Assembly (NCBI GenBank): GCA_965248755.1
Contig: OZ252149.1
Span: forward strand, 3,008,001-3,072,000
Direction: 5' to 3'
Length of the DNA: 64,000 nt
Origin: Candidatus Latescibacterota bacterium
GTDB lineage: Bacteria; Latescibacterota; CBDEFO01
Below, one piece after another: positions 10,073 to 19,260 of the stretch. Position 1 is the first letter of the stretch; every line of letters begins with the position of its first letter. A program made the position numbers and the translations under genes. The notes under the pieces were generated by a model that did no database searches, was not told where the DNA came from, and saw only the letters and a list, made by a program, of their open reading frames with translations.

Positions 10073-10258
10073 CTACTCAAAGGGGGCGTGTTTTGATCTC
10101 GTAAAGTAGTCGAGGACACTGCTTCTGGGCAGGAGGTACTGTTTTCCCGGCTTGTAGGCTGTGAGCAATCCGAAGTGTATTAGTTGACGCAAGTGTCTTT
10201 CTGAGCACCTCAGGAACTTAGCCGCCTCCTTGACTGTAAGCATGTCCTGGGTATCCAT
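10073..10258 (-). CDS. Excisionase-like HTH_17 DNA-binding protein (intact copy 3)
   Basis: MLTVKEAAKFLRCSERHLRQLIHFGLLTAYKPGKQYLL; RBS AAGGAG upstream. Confidence 0.8.
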   Translation of the reverse strand: MDTQDMLTVKEAAKFLRCSERHLRQLIHFGLLTAYKPGKQYLLPRSSVLDYFTRSKHAPFE

Positions 10259-10308
10259 CTTTTTCTCCTTTGACGAAAGCCTAATTACCGTTTTTGGTTT
10301 ACGGAGAC

Positions 10309-10414
10309 TGAAGGATTGAACCTTTTGAAGGGTTATCTATAAACTTTCTGAAAAACAAAAATTATTTTTTATAACAAAGTAATAGTAAAAAGGTTCAAAA
10401 GGTTCAGTGCTTCA
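10309..10414. other. Putative replication origin of the primase-helicase module
   Basis: Three TGAA iterons on the left mirrored by three TTCA on the right, including a perfect 13-bp IR (10317-10329 / 10394-10406) around an AT-rich core, directly downstream of the primase gene. Confidence 0.6.
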
Positions 10415-12754
10415 CTATTCCTCTCTATTCTTGATAAGTCCGATTCCCCGATAATAAACTCTACCGCCGGTTCCTCTATATCTGACGGACATCTCTCCCA
10501 TACGCCTGCCAAAGACCTTATTGCTCTTCGGCCTGAAACCATTTTCTTCACAGCCTTGTACGTATGTCCTATAGGCGTCTCCCGCCGGCACACTTGCTTC
10601 AGGGTCAACGTAAAAGTATTCCTCAAATATCTGAGCTATGTCGTCCTCCTCATCCTTATAGGCCTTCGTGGCCATCTTGACAGTATCTGGAGGCGCGAGG
10701 CCGTGTTCTTGGAAGTCGAGGCAGCCCTGGACGAGGCACGAGAGTATGCCCGATCCCTCTACTTTCAGTTTCTCCGCCAGGTTGGGGTCTCGCTTTCTTT
10801 CGTGGTCTCTTTGCGGGTCGTCCACAAACGAGAGATTGAAGGGTATCAGTCTGATTCTCTCCCAGAGGGCGTAGTCGTAGGCGTTTGCCTTCGGCTTGTG
10901 GTTGGTCTGGAGGAAGAGAGTAAAGGTGGGCCGAAACTCCACCTGGTGCTTCCCGTAGACCTCTCTTGCCACAAGGGAGTCTCCGCCTGATAGCCACTTG
11001 ACCTGACTGGTGTCCAGGTGGCGTCCCTCGTCGGATTCCGACGCCCAGACGAGGCGCTTGCCTCTGAGGGCCATCAGCTCCGATCTGGGAGAAGAGGCTG
11101 CGGGCCGAAAGCGGTTGTATAAGAGCATCTCCTTGGGGGCCTGCGAGACATAGGGACCCAGCACATCTGACAGCGCCTGAAACAAGGTCCCCTTGCCGTT
11201 CCTTCCCTGTCCCCAGAAGATGTAGAATTCGTGCTGTGTCGAAAGCCCTAACATAGAGTAGCCCAGCAGTCTCTTGACGTAGGAGATCAGCTCCTGATCC
11301 TCGTCGAAGATCTGAAAGAGGAACTCCTCCCATGCGGGACAAGGGGCGTCTGTCCCCTTCTTGGGACAGCCAATGTCTGTCCCCTTGTACTCCGTGGGGC
11401 AGACTGTCTTTATGTATTCCTCTTGTCTGCCTTCTCTCAATTCTCCCGTTCTGAGGTCTATAACGCCGTTGGGGCATGCCAGCAGGTAGGGGTTTCTGTC
11501 CCATTCGTGGCCCTCTATCGCCAGGGAATCTGCGCCGCTGGATGCGAGTTCAAGGACTTCGTCTGCCCGCCGCCTCGTGCTGAGCTGTCCGATTCTCTTT
11601 CTCAGCTGCTTCGTCTTCGTCTCGTTCTCCCCGATAGCTTCAATCGCTGTCTGGCTCTGTCTGTAGAGAGCGTCTTTATAGATCTGGATCACGCCCTCTA
11701 CGGAGGCCCTCGCCTCCCTGATCCTGTCGGGCGCCCAGAAGTGCCCCTTCCACTCGTACCATGTACCCTGGGAGCTGTCGTAGCAGAATCTGTCTCTGTA
11801 GAGCTTGACGAACAGTTTGGCGTCTCCGCGCTCGCCGTCGGAGAGAGCACAGAGGGTGTCCCCTGAAAGAGCGTAGGGGGTGTCACCTGAAAGAGCACAG
11901 AGGGTGTCCTCTGAAAGAGCACGAAGGGTGTCACTCTTTGGCTCTCCGTTGTAGGCGTTCGTGCCTACAGCGTAGGCATACGTGCCTGCCTTGTAGGCAC
12001 GCGTCCTGCCAATGGAGACCACGACCTGCTCCAGCTCCGATAGCTCAAGCGGAGGCCTGTTCTTCAGGTTCCATTCGACTAACTCTGCGCTGACCTCTGT
12101 CTTTGTCTTTCCCTGCCCGAAGAAGTGTCCGGCCAATCTTGCCGCGGAGTCGTTTCTGGAGCCTTCATCCACGCCATTTTCTAAAGACGGTAGAACAGAC
12201 ATTCTTGACTGTTTTTGTTCCCCGTCAGACAGGAACGTCTGACCTACTTTGCACGCATCTATTATCCATTTTGGACAGTCTGAGGGCATCTGGTTGTCGG
12301 GAGAGATGCGCCACTCGTATCGCCCTTTTTGATTCTCTGACGGAGGCACGACCACGTATCCGCCGTTTGCTCTCAGGTCTATGCCCTTCCGTCTGGCGAA
12401 ATTGCGGAGCAGTTTGGCTTCATCTCCGTCTTTCGGCATAGCGTAGAAGTAGTGGCGGCCGCCGGAGCCGGTCTTGCTGTACACAGTCGGCTCTCCGTCG
12501 TCCAGTTTCTCGAATGAGGTTATACCTTCTGATCCGTCCAGATCTACCACCACGACATTGGATATGTTGCCTGTCACGATCCCGATCTGTGCGTCTTTAT
12601 AGTCTCTCCACCACAACATAATCTGCTCCGGAGTCGCCCGCCCGCGCTGGTAGGCAAGCCACGAGATATAGGGCTTCTTGTCCGGCCGAACAGGGATCAC
12701 AGACCAGCCGATGGATTCATAGCCGAGCGCCGCAGATAATAGTTCGTCTGGCAT
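10415..12754 (-). CDS. P4-family primase/helicase (Prim-Pol, PriCT-1, D5_N, SF3 helicase)
   Basis: VVVDLDG, TGSGGRHYFY, IDLRANGGYVVVPPS; EGSRND; LLACPNGVIDL; Walker A GQGRNGKGT; TNHKP. Start placed at MPDELL. Confidence 0.92.
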   Translation of the reverse strand: MPDELLSAALGYESIGWSVIPVRPDKKPYISWLAYQRGRATPEQIMLWWRDYKDAQIGIVTGNISNVVVVDLDGSEGITSFEKLDDGEPTVYSKTGSGGRHYFYAMPKDGDEAKLLRNFARRKGIDLRANGGYVVVPPSENQKGRYEWRISPDNQMPSDCPKWIIDACKVGQTFLSDGEQKQSRMSVLPSLENGVDEGSRNDSAARLAGHFFGQGKTKTEVSAELVEWNLKNRPPLELSELEQVVVSIGRTRAYKAGTYAYAVGTNAYNGEPKSDTLRALSEDTLCALSGDTPYALSGDTLCALSDGERGDAKLFVKLYRDRFCYDSSQGTWYEWKGHFWAPDRIREARASVEGVIQIYKDALYRQSQTAIEAIGENETKTKQLRKRIGQLSTRRRADEVLELASSGADSLAIEGHEWDRNPYLLACPNGVIDLRTGELREGRQEEYIKTVCPTEYKGTDIGCPKKGTDAPCPAWEEFLFQIFDEDQELISYVKRLLGYSMLGLSTQHEFYIFWGQGRNGKGTLFQALSDVLGPYVSQAPKEMLLYNRFRPAASSPRSELMALRGKRLVWASESDEGRHLDTSQVKWLSGGDSLVAREVYGKHQVEFRPTFTLFLQTNHKPKANAYDYALWERIRLIPFNLSFVDDPQRDHERKRDPNLAEKLKVEGSGILSCLVQGCLDFQEHGLAPPDTVKMATKAYKDEEDDIAQIFEEYFYVDPEASVPAGDAYRTYVQGCEENGFRPKSNKVFGRRMGEMSVRYRGTGGRVYYRGIGLIKNREE
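11839..11934 (-). repeat. 24-bp x4 coding tandem repeat in the primase linker
   Basis: Encodes DTLRALSE / DTLCALSG / DTPYALSG / DTLCALSD. Confidence 0.8.
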
Positions 12755-12889
12755 CTGGCTTCCTCTTGGCGTTGTAGGGGTATATGTGCCTTCGGCAAGA
12801 TGTGCCGAAGGCAAGATGTGCGTGTCCTCTACAAAGGTGCTGTCTACTATTTAAGTGCATATACATTAGTACACTATTGTAACTGACAT

Positions 12890-12934
12890 AATATAGGACA
12901 TGCAAAGGCCAAAGTCAAGCCGCAATCTTCCTAT
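12890..12934 (-). promoter_or_regulatory. Sigma70-type promoter of the primase unit with shared upstream motif
   Basis: Minus strand reads ATAGGAAGATTGCGG-C-TTGACT-N17-TATATT. Confidence 0.75.
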
Positions 12935-13156
12935 ATGGAGTGAGAAAGGTTTCTGCGCTCGTACGTGCGCGTGCGTTTGCTCAGTTTGGGTCAGTCCCAG
13001 CGCCAGCGGAAAGGTACTTGAGTCGGGCGAGTGATCCCTGATAGAAGCAGTCGGGGACGCCCCTGCGTTGTGTCTGCTCTCTTGACTTTTCCCCACGAAT
13101 TCATCATACTACCAGGTGGAATCAGGAAGGGGCGCCTACTTTGTAGGAGTTGAACA

Positions 13157-13498
13157 ATGCGTGATATCATAACAATATCCGTCCTTTTTACTGTGCTGGG
13201 GATGTTGCATCCATCAGGCCCATGTGCGGAGGAGATAACCAAACTGGATCTCCTGCAGATGGAAAACAGGCTGAAAGAGTATATAGATCTGAGGATTTCT
13301 TCTGTACACATCAGGATAGATGAAATGGACAAAAGGATTGGCTTAGTTCAGTGGATGATAGCCTTTCTTTTTATCATAATAGTAGTTATTCAGGGGATAC
13401 CTCAGTTTGCAACTTTCTACAGAGAGCGACGAGACACTTTGGAATTCAGTCACCGTCTGGATCAGATGGAGCAGAAATTAAGCAGTCTGGCACAATAG
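13157..13498 (+). CDS. Hypothetical coiled-coil membrane protein, opposite strand to the phage genes
   Basis: RBS AGGAG, N-terminal signal-like stretch, one TM helix. Flanked by a degenerate direct repeat of about 54 bp. Confidence 0.65.
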   Translation: MRDIITISVLFTVLGMLHPSGPCAEEITKLDLLQMENRLKEYIDLRISSVHIRIDEMDKRIGLVQWMIAFLFIIIVVIQGIPQFATFYRERRDTLEFSHRLDQMEQKLSSLAQ

Positions 13499-13609
13499 AA
13501 AGCAAAATTCCTGACTACCTCGTTTTGCCCATCGGGAGAGTGGTCCCCGATAGATTCAATCGGGGATCGCCCCTGCGTTGTGTCTGAAGTCCCAGCAACA
13601 TAGATAGTT

Positions 13610-13840
13610 TCATCTCAACCACCTCCCGAAGAAGGGCACAGTCGCCGAAAGCGCCTCTGCCAGTTCCTCTATGACTTCCTCCACTTCTTCCTGAGTCCAG
13701 CCGTCTTTTCTGTTGGCTCTTATGCTGGTTACCACATCCTCCCACTCCTTTGCAGCCTTCCTGGACCGCTTATACCAGACGGCGGCAAAGAGACCTATCC
13801 CTGTTACTGCGCCTCCGATTCCCATAATCCAGTCGAACAT
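13610..13840 (-). CDS. Small membrane protein of the lysis cassette
   Basis: N-terminal TM helix; translationally coupled to the upstream gene. Confidence 0.55.
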   Translation of the reverse strand: MFDWIMGIGGAVTGIGLFAAVWYKRSRKAAKEWEDVVTSIRANRKDGWTQEEVEEVIEELAEALSATVPFFGRWLR

Positions 13841-14082
13841 TATTTGTCACCTCCTAAAATGGATTTTAGCGCCATCATGACTCCTGCTGCTCCGCCTCCT
13901 GTTATTGACCCCCAGAGACCCGATTTGACCTTGAGTTGAGCGACATCCTCTTTCATCCCGATGATCATTCGATTATTCTCCTTCACATCACGGCTCACCG
14001 ATTCGATGTATTCGGTCAGATTGTCCAGCCGGGCTACAACTTCGCCCTCAAAGCGACCTCTTTGTCTGTCGTTATCATTCAC
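13840..14082 (-). CDS. Holin-like protein (coiled coil + C-terminal TM)
   Basis: XhlA-like layout, directly downstream of the amidase with an ATGA overlap. Confidence 0.55.
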   Translation of the reverse strand: MNDNDRQRGRFEGEVVARLDNLTEYIESVSRDVKENNRMIIGMKEDVAQLKVKSGLWGSITGGGAAGVMMALKSILGGDK

Positions 14083-14576
14083 TTTAAGAACCTCCCAAGT
14101 ATCTCTCTAATCTGATCCATCTCTATATCGGGGCACGTCTTACTGGTCGCAAAGTTCGGCTTGACCCTTCCGATCTCGTAGTGTCCTATCACGTTCTGGG
14201 GGCGAACGCCGAACTGTCTCATCCATCTCTGGGTCTGCCGGAGCGCAGTGCAGATCTGGTTGAGTGTGTAGTCTCCGCCCCTTCCTATAAGGCAGATGGA
14301 TATGGACTCTCTATTCAGACCGTAGGCATGAGCCTGCAGCTCATCTGCCTCCAGCTCCGAATCTTGATCCAGCGGCCTGCCCGTCTCCAGCATACCATCC
14401 AGATGGGCTGCGTATCGCCCTTCTTTTCTGTCCTGTGAGGTCAGATAACCGTTCAGGATGACGGCTCCGTAACCTACCCTTGACCAGCCTCTTTCTCTGT
14501 GCCAGCCATCTATTGTGATCGCCGATCCGAACGTTGAATCGCTGGCATGCCAGACTATGTATTCAGCTCGTGACAC
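14079..14576 (-). CDS. N-acetylmuramoyl-L-alanine amidase (Amidase_2, T7-lysozyme-like endolysin)
   Basis: YIVWHAS, IDGWHRERGW, AHAYGLN..SISICLIG, VIGHYE, KTCP. GTG start after RBS GGAGG. Confidence 0.88.
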   Translation of the reverse strand: MSRAEYIVWHASDSTFGSAITIDGWHRERGWSRVGYGAVILNGYLTSQDRKEGRYAAHLDGMLETGRPLDQDSELEADELQAHAYGLNRESISICLIGRGGDYTLNQICTALRQTQRWMRQFGVRPQNVIGHYEIGRVKPNFATSKTCPDIEMDQIREILGRFLK

Positions 14577-14769
14577 CTTGATTCTCCTCCAATTGACAGG
14601 GTGAATGCCCTTCTGATATTGTCCCGCAGGATGTGCACTCCCATATGCCCTTTTGGGGATCATATATCATGCCCTCGTAGCAAAAGGAGCAGACCCGCCG
14701 AGGCGGATCGTATCTGATGACTTCCTGTTTCTCCTTGTCCCATTCGGCTGTGAGTTTGATTTCAGACAT
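14563..14769 (-). CDS. Small Zn-ribbon protein
   Basis: CSFC...WECTSC motif; RBS GGAGG before MSEIK. Confidence 0.55.
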   Translation of the reverse strand: MSEIKLTAEWDKEKQEVIRYDPPRRVCSFCYEGMIYDPQKGIWECTSCGTISEGHSPCQLEENQGVTS

Positions 14770-14861
14770 TGTTTTAGGTGTCCTCCAATTCCGTAGGGGC
14801 AGACCCGTGTGTCTGCCCTTCGTATGTCTGACTGGGCGAACACATGGGTTCGCCCCTACAT

Positions 14862-15476
14862 TCATACTGTCCCATCCGTTGTGTACTCTATCTCCAGATC
14901 CAATAATCTAAACAGCCCCGTGTGAGTGTCGTTCGCGCTTGCCCCCTGACGCTCCAGCTTGATGGCTGCAATATCTGTCTTTGCTGAGAGTGCAGCAGCC
15001 GGAACGTTAAAGGTGCTGTCCTGTTCATACACATTGGCGCTGTCGTCAGGATTCAAGGTGTTGGCAGATGATGTCGGCGTTCCGAGCGATGAGTTCAGGC
15101 TCGTAACAGTCCGGGAAAAGGACAGTTCCACATTCCCGCTATGGGCTGTGGTCATAACGTATGATAGGACTACGGCTATAGGCTTGGTTATGTCGCAGTC
15201 GTGCGGGCATTCAAACGATGCCCTGATGGTATTCGTGGCAGTCGTAGAGAAGTCCAGCCCGGGATAATCTCCTGTAAGGGCTTCGGCGGGCGGATTCGTC
15301 CCATCCAGCCTGATTGCTCCCCAGAGCGATGCCCGCACCAAATTGCCGGCCTTCAGATTATCAATGTCTATATTGCCGTTGAACTCGGTGTAGATGACGT
15401 CAAAGTTGCGGTTTATGGCGTATGCGCTATTTGCGCCCAAATCTCTTATCTGGTAAGGCTTGGCAATGAATCCCAT
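14862..15476 (-). CDS. Putative tail / needle-associated structural protein
   Basis: Lies after the nozzle gene; N-terminal AINRNFDVIY anchor-like motif, beta-rich C-terminus. Confidence 0.55.
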   Translation of the reverse strand: MGFIAKPYQIRDLGANSAYAINRNFDVIYTEFNGNIDIDNLKAGNLVRASLWGAIRLDGTNPPAEALTGDYPGLDFSTTATNTIRASFECPHDCDITKPIAVVLSYVMTTAHSGNVELSFSRTVTSLNSSLGTPTSSANTLNPDDSANVYEQDSTFNVPAAALSAKTDIAAIKLERQGASANDTHTGLFRLLDLEIEYTTDGTV

Positions 15477-15595
15477 TATCTTATCCTCTGAATCGTTTCG
15501 AGTGCGCCTGTGGGACTAGATCCACAACAGATGAATGTAGGGGCGAGGTCTACTCGCCCATGGGCTGGGAGAATGGATGCTCTGTCTATTGTCTG

Positions 15596-17086
15596 CTATC
15601 CTCTGAATCCCCTTTCGTTTGCCACAATGGACAGTCCGCCGAGCGAAAAGTCTCGCTGTGAGGACTCTGTGATCTTAAACTGGATGTATCTGCCTGCCGC
15701 ACCGTCCAGCGGCACTCTGTGGACGCTTCTGGAGTTTACGCCCGAAAGAGAGTAGCTGCCTGTGGCTGTCGCGGCAAAATCTACGAACCACTCCACGGTC
15801 AACGTCACTCCGCTTGCGTGGGCGTCCTCCACGAAGATGTAGGAATATCTGAAAAGCTTGGTCGTGTCTGCACGCTTCAAATCGAAACTTTTGGTCTTTA
15901 TCGTTACGCTTATGTCTGCCGAGGGCGGATCGTTGAGTCCCGTATCGGCCTGTGAGACGAAGCCTGTTCCATCTCCTGTCCATACTATCTGTGACTCTAT
16001 CGGGATGCCCGACAGAAGCGGATCTGCAACGTAGGCAAGTGCGTTCCCCGTGATCCCTGTGAACTTCGTCCAGGCATTGTTGAGATAGTCGTAGACGAAA
16101 ATGATCGTATTATTCGAGCCCCCCGACGGCGTCAGAGCGATCCAGTATTGATTTCTCTTTCGGTTGTGGCAAGATGCGGCCCTGGAAAGACGCGTCAGAT
16201 TAAGGGGGGTCGGACTGTCAGGGCCAGACGAGACGAGGTCCTCGATCTTTTCGGAGATGTAGTTCACTCGTGTGCCCCGAAAGGCGTAGACTCCCCTTTC
16301 GCCGTAGAAGTAGAGGCTGTCAGGGCCAGATGAATCGTCCGTGATGTTCTGTATGGAGTTTTGCGCAAGGCATCCCACGTCAGACGTGATCTGGGATACC
16401 TTGAAGATCGAGCCCGAATCACCCGACAGCGTATATATAGAGTTGCGCTTGAAGATGACCAACTGATCAAAGAGGACAGCAAGTCCGCTGATTTGATCTC
16501 CATCGTCCGGATTTATATCTATGTGGTCGCCGGATGTCCATACCTCAGGATTGTTCACCTTGGAGTAGTAGAGCCTCGATGGATCGGTAGAATTCCCCGC
16601 CAGGAAGAGATAGTTGTTGAATAGCTTCAAAAACTTTCCTTTTGGAGGAGACCCTCCCAGATCGGCGAAGGTGGTGCCGTCGTATTTCTTGACGTTATCC
16701 GTCCCGTTGGTCAGAATCAAAAGGTCGGTAAAGGTCTCAAAGCCCCACGGCAGGCCGTTGGTCAAGCCCGTAGCAATAGAATCCAACTCCAGAGTCGAAG
16801 TGTTGTACTTGTAGACCTGTGTCCCCGCCGTGACGATAATCGCCCTTGTCCCATCTTTCTTAACGTAGTCGTAGATTCCGGTTATAGAGGCAGAGATAGA
16901 GGTCAAGTTTCGCCTTTCGTGCCCCTTTCTCTTGACCCATGCGCCGTGTGTGTCCAGGTGGATATTGTCCAACTGGACAGCGTCTTTGTCTGGAAACGAC
17001 CCGACAGACGCCTTACTGTTTAGGCCTCCCGTGTTGTCAACATACGGGATCTCGATGTAGCTCTTTTTCCTTTTAGACCTTGTCAT
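15596..17086 (-). CDS. Podovirus tail nozzle / DNA stabilisation protein (P22 gp10-like beta-propeller)
   Basis: GGLNS, LDNI..DTHGAWVKRKG, RLYYS, LVIFKRNSIY, DVGCLA and IFVYDY.NNAW motifs; follows the adaptor gene. Confidence 0.75.
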   Translation of the reverse strand: MTRSKRKKSYIEIPYVDNTGGLNSKASVGSFPDKDAVQLDNIHLDTHGAWVKRKGHERRNLTSISASITGIYDYVKKDGTRAIIVTAGTQVYKYNTSTLELDSIATGLTNGLPWGFETFTDLLILTNGTDNVKKYDGTTFADLGGSPPKGKFLKLFNNYLFLAGNSTDPSRLYYSKVNNPEVWTSGDHIDINPDDGDQISGLAVLFDQLVIFKRNSIYTLSGDSGSIFKVSQITSDVGCLAQNSIQNITDDSSGPDSLYFYGERGVYAFRGTRVNYISEKIEDLVSSGPDSPTPLNLTRLSRAASCHNRKRNQYWIALTPSGGSNNTIIFVYDYLNNAWTKFTGITGNALAYVADPLLSGIPIESQIVWTGDGTGFVSQADTGLNDPPSADISVTIKTKSFDLKRADTTKLFRYSYIFVEDAHASGVTLTVEWFVDFAATATGSYSLSGVNSRSVHRVPLDGAAGRYIQFKITESSQRDFSLGGLSIVANERGFRG

Positions 17087-17237
17087 TATTCTGCGTCCTC
17101 TCAAGTGGCAGGCAGTAAACAGGGGGGTTCACCCCGAAGCAATCTCGTTTTACAGTAGACAGATCGTAGGGGCGAGGTTCACTCGCCCAGGGGGCAGGGT
17201 TCGCCCTTGCCTTTCCCTGTCTACTGTCTACTGTCTT

Positions 17238-17342
17238 ACGACCCGACAGATGCCTTACTGTTTAGGCCTCCCGTGTTGTCAACATACGGGACCTCGATGT
17301 AGCTCTTTTTCCTTTTAGACGTTGTCATTATTCTACGTCCTC
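17238..17342 (-). pseudogene. Duplicated 5' stub of the nozzle gene
   Basis: Encodes MTTSKRKKSYIEVPYVDNTGGLNSKASVGS*, nearly identical to 16997-17101. Confidence 0.85.
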
Positions 17343-17700
17343 TATATGCAAGACCGCTATTGTAGGGGCAGCCCGGGTGTCTGCCCTGGGGACAGGGTTC
17401 GCCTTTGCGTTGCCCTGCCCCAATCGAACCCCCGTTGGTCATTGCGAGCGGAGCGAAGCAATCTCGTATGTGCTTCCTTTGTGAAAGAACCGAGATTGCT
17501 TCGGGGTGAACGCCTCTTGAGCAAGAGGAATGAACGCCCGATACAATCATTCGGGGGCAGGCCCCCTCGCAATGACTTAATGAAAGCAGTGTCATCGCCA
17601 GCATACGCAGAACCTTGTAGGGGCGAGGTTTACTCGCCCTGGGGGCAGGGTTCGCCCTTGCCTTTCCCTGTCTATTGTCTACTGTCTACTGTCTACTGTC

Positions 17701-18663
17701 TTACGTTCTGTCAAATAGAATGTTAGAGAATCCCCTCAGATGTCGTCCCTTCCTTCTCAGACCTACAGGCTTTACTCTGATGCCTCCATCGTAGTCTCTG
17801 GCGTCCTCCCAGACGAGGGTATTCAATTGGCTTTCGTACAGACTTTCTGCGTCTTCGGCGTAAGGGTCATCCAGCCATCTGTTGGCCGCTGCCAGCCCTT
17901 TAAGATAAAGCAGCCTGTGGTACTTGGCGGGCAGACCTGATGTATCGCTTGTCGAAGAAAGCTCCGAAAGGGTCTTGTAGTAGCGGTATGAAATCTGTAT
18001 TACCTCTCTGGGGTACGGATAGAACAGAGCCTGAAGCGCCCCATTTGAGTCTCTCACTTCACAGTAGATGCTCGGAATCCCAGACGTATTGGCATCCAGA
18101 TCGGGGACGGTCTGCTCCAGGTCCCTTATGTCCATCTTCTTTAAAGCAGGGAAGCTGTGTCCACCCAGAATGAGACTTGCCCCCGGCAGCTTCGTGTGAA
18201 CCATCTCCATTATCTCGTCCACATCAGAGGCAAGGCTGTACTCCCTCTGGAAGATGGAATAGCTCTTACCCGCTGCAGTCGTGCCGATATAGTTTGTGGT
18301 AAGCTCAAGTGATGTATCGTTCGTTATGGAACTTATGACGTAGGTACTATCGTCGCCATCTACTCTGAACCGGTCGCCTGCGTTTACGTTTGCCGAAAAG
18401 GCCGTCCCTGCGCCCGTTACTGTTGCATCACCGTTCGTCACGCTCACAGTACCGGCACTGTAGACGGCCTTCGTCTGAAAGACACCTGTCTTCTGCTGCC
18501 AGCGGTATCGCCTTCTGGAAAGCACATCCTCCTGCGCCCGATTGATCTGATCTATTATGACCCTGGTAAGCCCCAAGGGACTCCCTGGAATAGAGCCTAA
18601 AGTCGGCTCGTGGACCTCTGTGAGCACCTCATTTACCAGCGCTAGCAAAGTTCTGGATGGCAT
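17701..18663 (-). CDS. Head-tail adaptor (tail tubular A-like) with inserted beta domain
   Basis: TLLALVNEVL, INRAQEDV, REYSLASD, LFYPYP and LPAKYHRLL motifs; GTVSVTNGDATVTGAGT insert. Confidence 0.7.
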   Translation of the reverse strand: MPSRTLLALVNEVLTEVHEPTLGSIPGSPLGLTRVIIDQINRAQEDVLSRRRYRWQQKTGVFQTKAVYSAGTVSVTNGDATVTGAGTAFSANVNAGDRFRVDGDDSTYVISSITNDTSLELTTNYIGTTAAGKSYSIFQREYSLASDVDEIMEMVHTKLPGASLILGGHSFPALKKMDIRDLEQTVPDLDANTSGIPSIYCEVRDSNGALQALFYPYPREVIQISYRYYKTLSELSSTSDTSGLPAKYHRLLYLKGLAAANRWLDDPYAEDAESLYESQLNTLVWEDARDYDGGIRVKPVGLRRKGRHLRGFSNILFDRT

Positions 18664-18789
18664 ATTTTATTTCCTTAGTTTTTGGTAGTGGGTCAGACCC
18701 CCCTTTAATTTCCCTCTTACCAAGGGGGGATACAGGGGCGTTCCTGTCTGACATCCTTAGGGGGCAGCCCTCGCCCCTACATTCTTGAT

Positions 18790-19059
18790 CTACGCATAAT
18801 GCACAAAGACAGACGGGCTCGTGCCCGTCAAAGTCGCATAGACACCGATGTCAATTCTGATTCCCTCTGGGAAAGAGACGTTCACCGTAGTGTTCGCGGA
18901 TGCCTTAAGCGTCACTATCGGATTACCGCTGCCTGCTGTATTGTCATATAGAGCCGCCGAAGCAGCATCAGCGCCAGCAGTCAGCGTGGCCCCTTGTACA
19001 TTGGCAAGGCCTGTAGTAACCTGCCCTGAGGTCGTTCTTTCTTTAGTAAATCCTGCCAT
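18790..19059 (-). CDS. Small phage structural protein
   Basis: Beta-rich, 89 aa, ending FPEGIRIDIGVYATL; lies between head and adaptor genes. Confidence 0.55.
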   Translation of the reverse strand: MAGFTKERTTSGQVTTGLANVQGATLTAGADAASAALYDNTAGSGNPIVTLKASANTTVNVSFPEGIRIDIGVYATLTGTSPSVFVHYA

Positions 19060-19260
19060 ATTCTATCACCTTTTTGTTTATGGTAGACAGTAGATAGAGA
19101 CAGATGGCACGACCAAAACGGGTCGCAAAAGGGGGCCGACCACAGCGGGTCGGCTAAGAGGGCCGACCAAAACGGGTCGGCTAAGGGGGTCCTCCTACCT
19201 ACTGTTCTACTGTAGGCCTCCTGTCTACTGTTCTACTGTCTACTTGTTTCCCCTATACTA

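Noticed and set aside
4128..10270. Integron cassette array
   Set aside because: No intI, and the repeats lack attC RYYYAAC/GTTRRRY boxes. They derive from the xis-like gene.
10656..11504. 282-aa alternative-frame ORF and similar overlapping ORFs across the window
   Set aside because: They overlap well-supported genes, have low-complexity Arg/Gly/Pro composition and show no motifs.
17236..17726. ORFs of 71-134 aa in repeat-filled intergenic gaps (also 20220-20690 and 35529-35840)
   Set aside because: Translations of palindromic repeat mosaics; only the duplicated nozzle stub is gene-derived.
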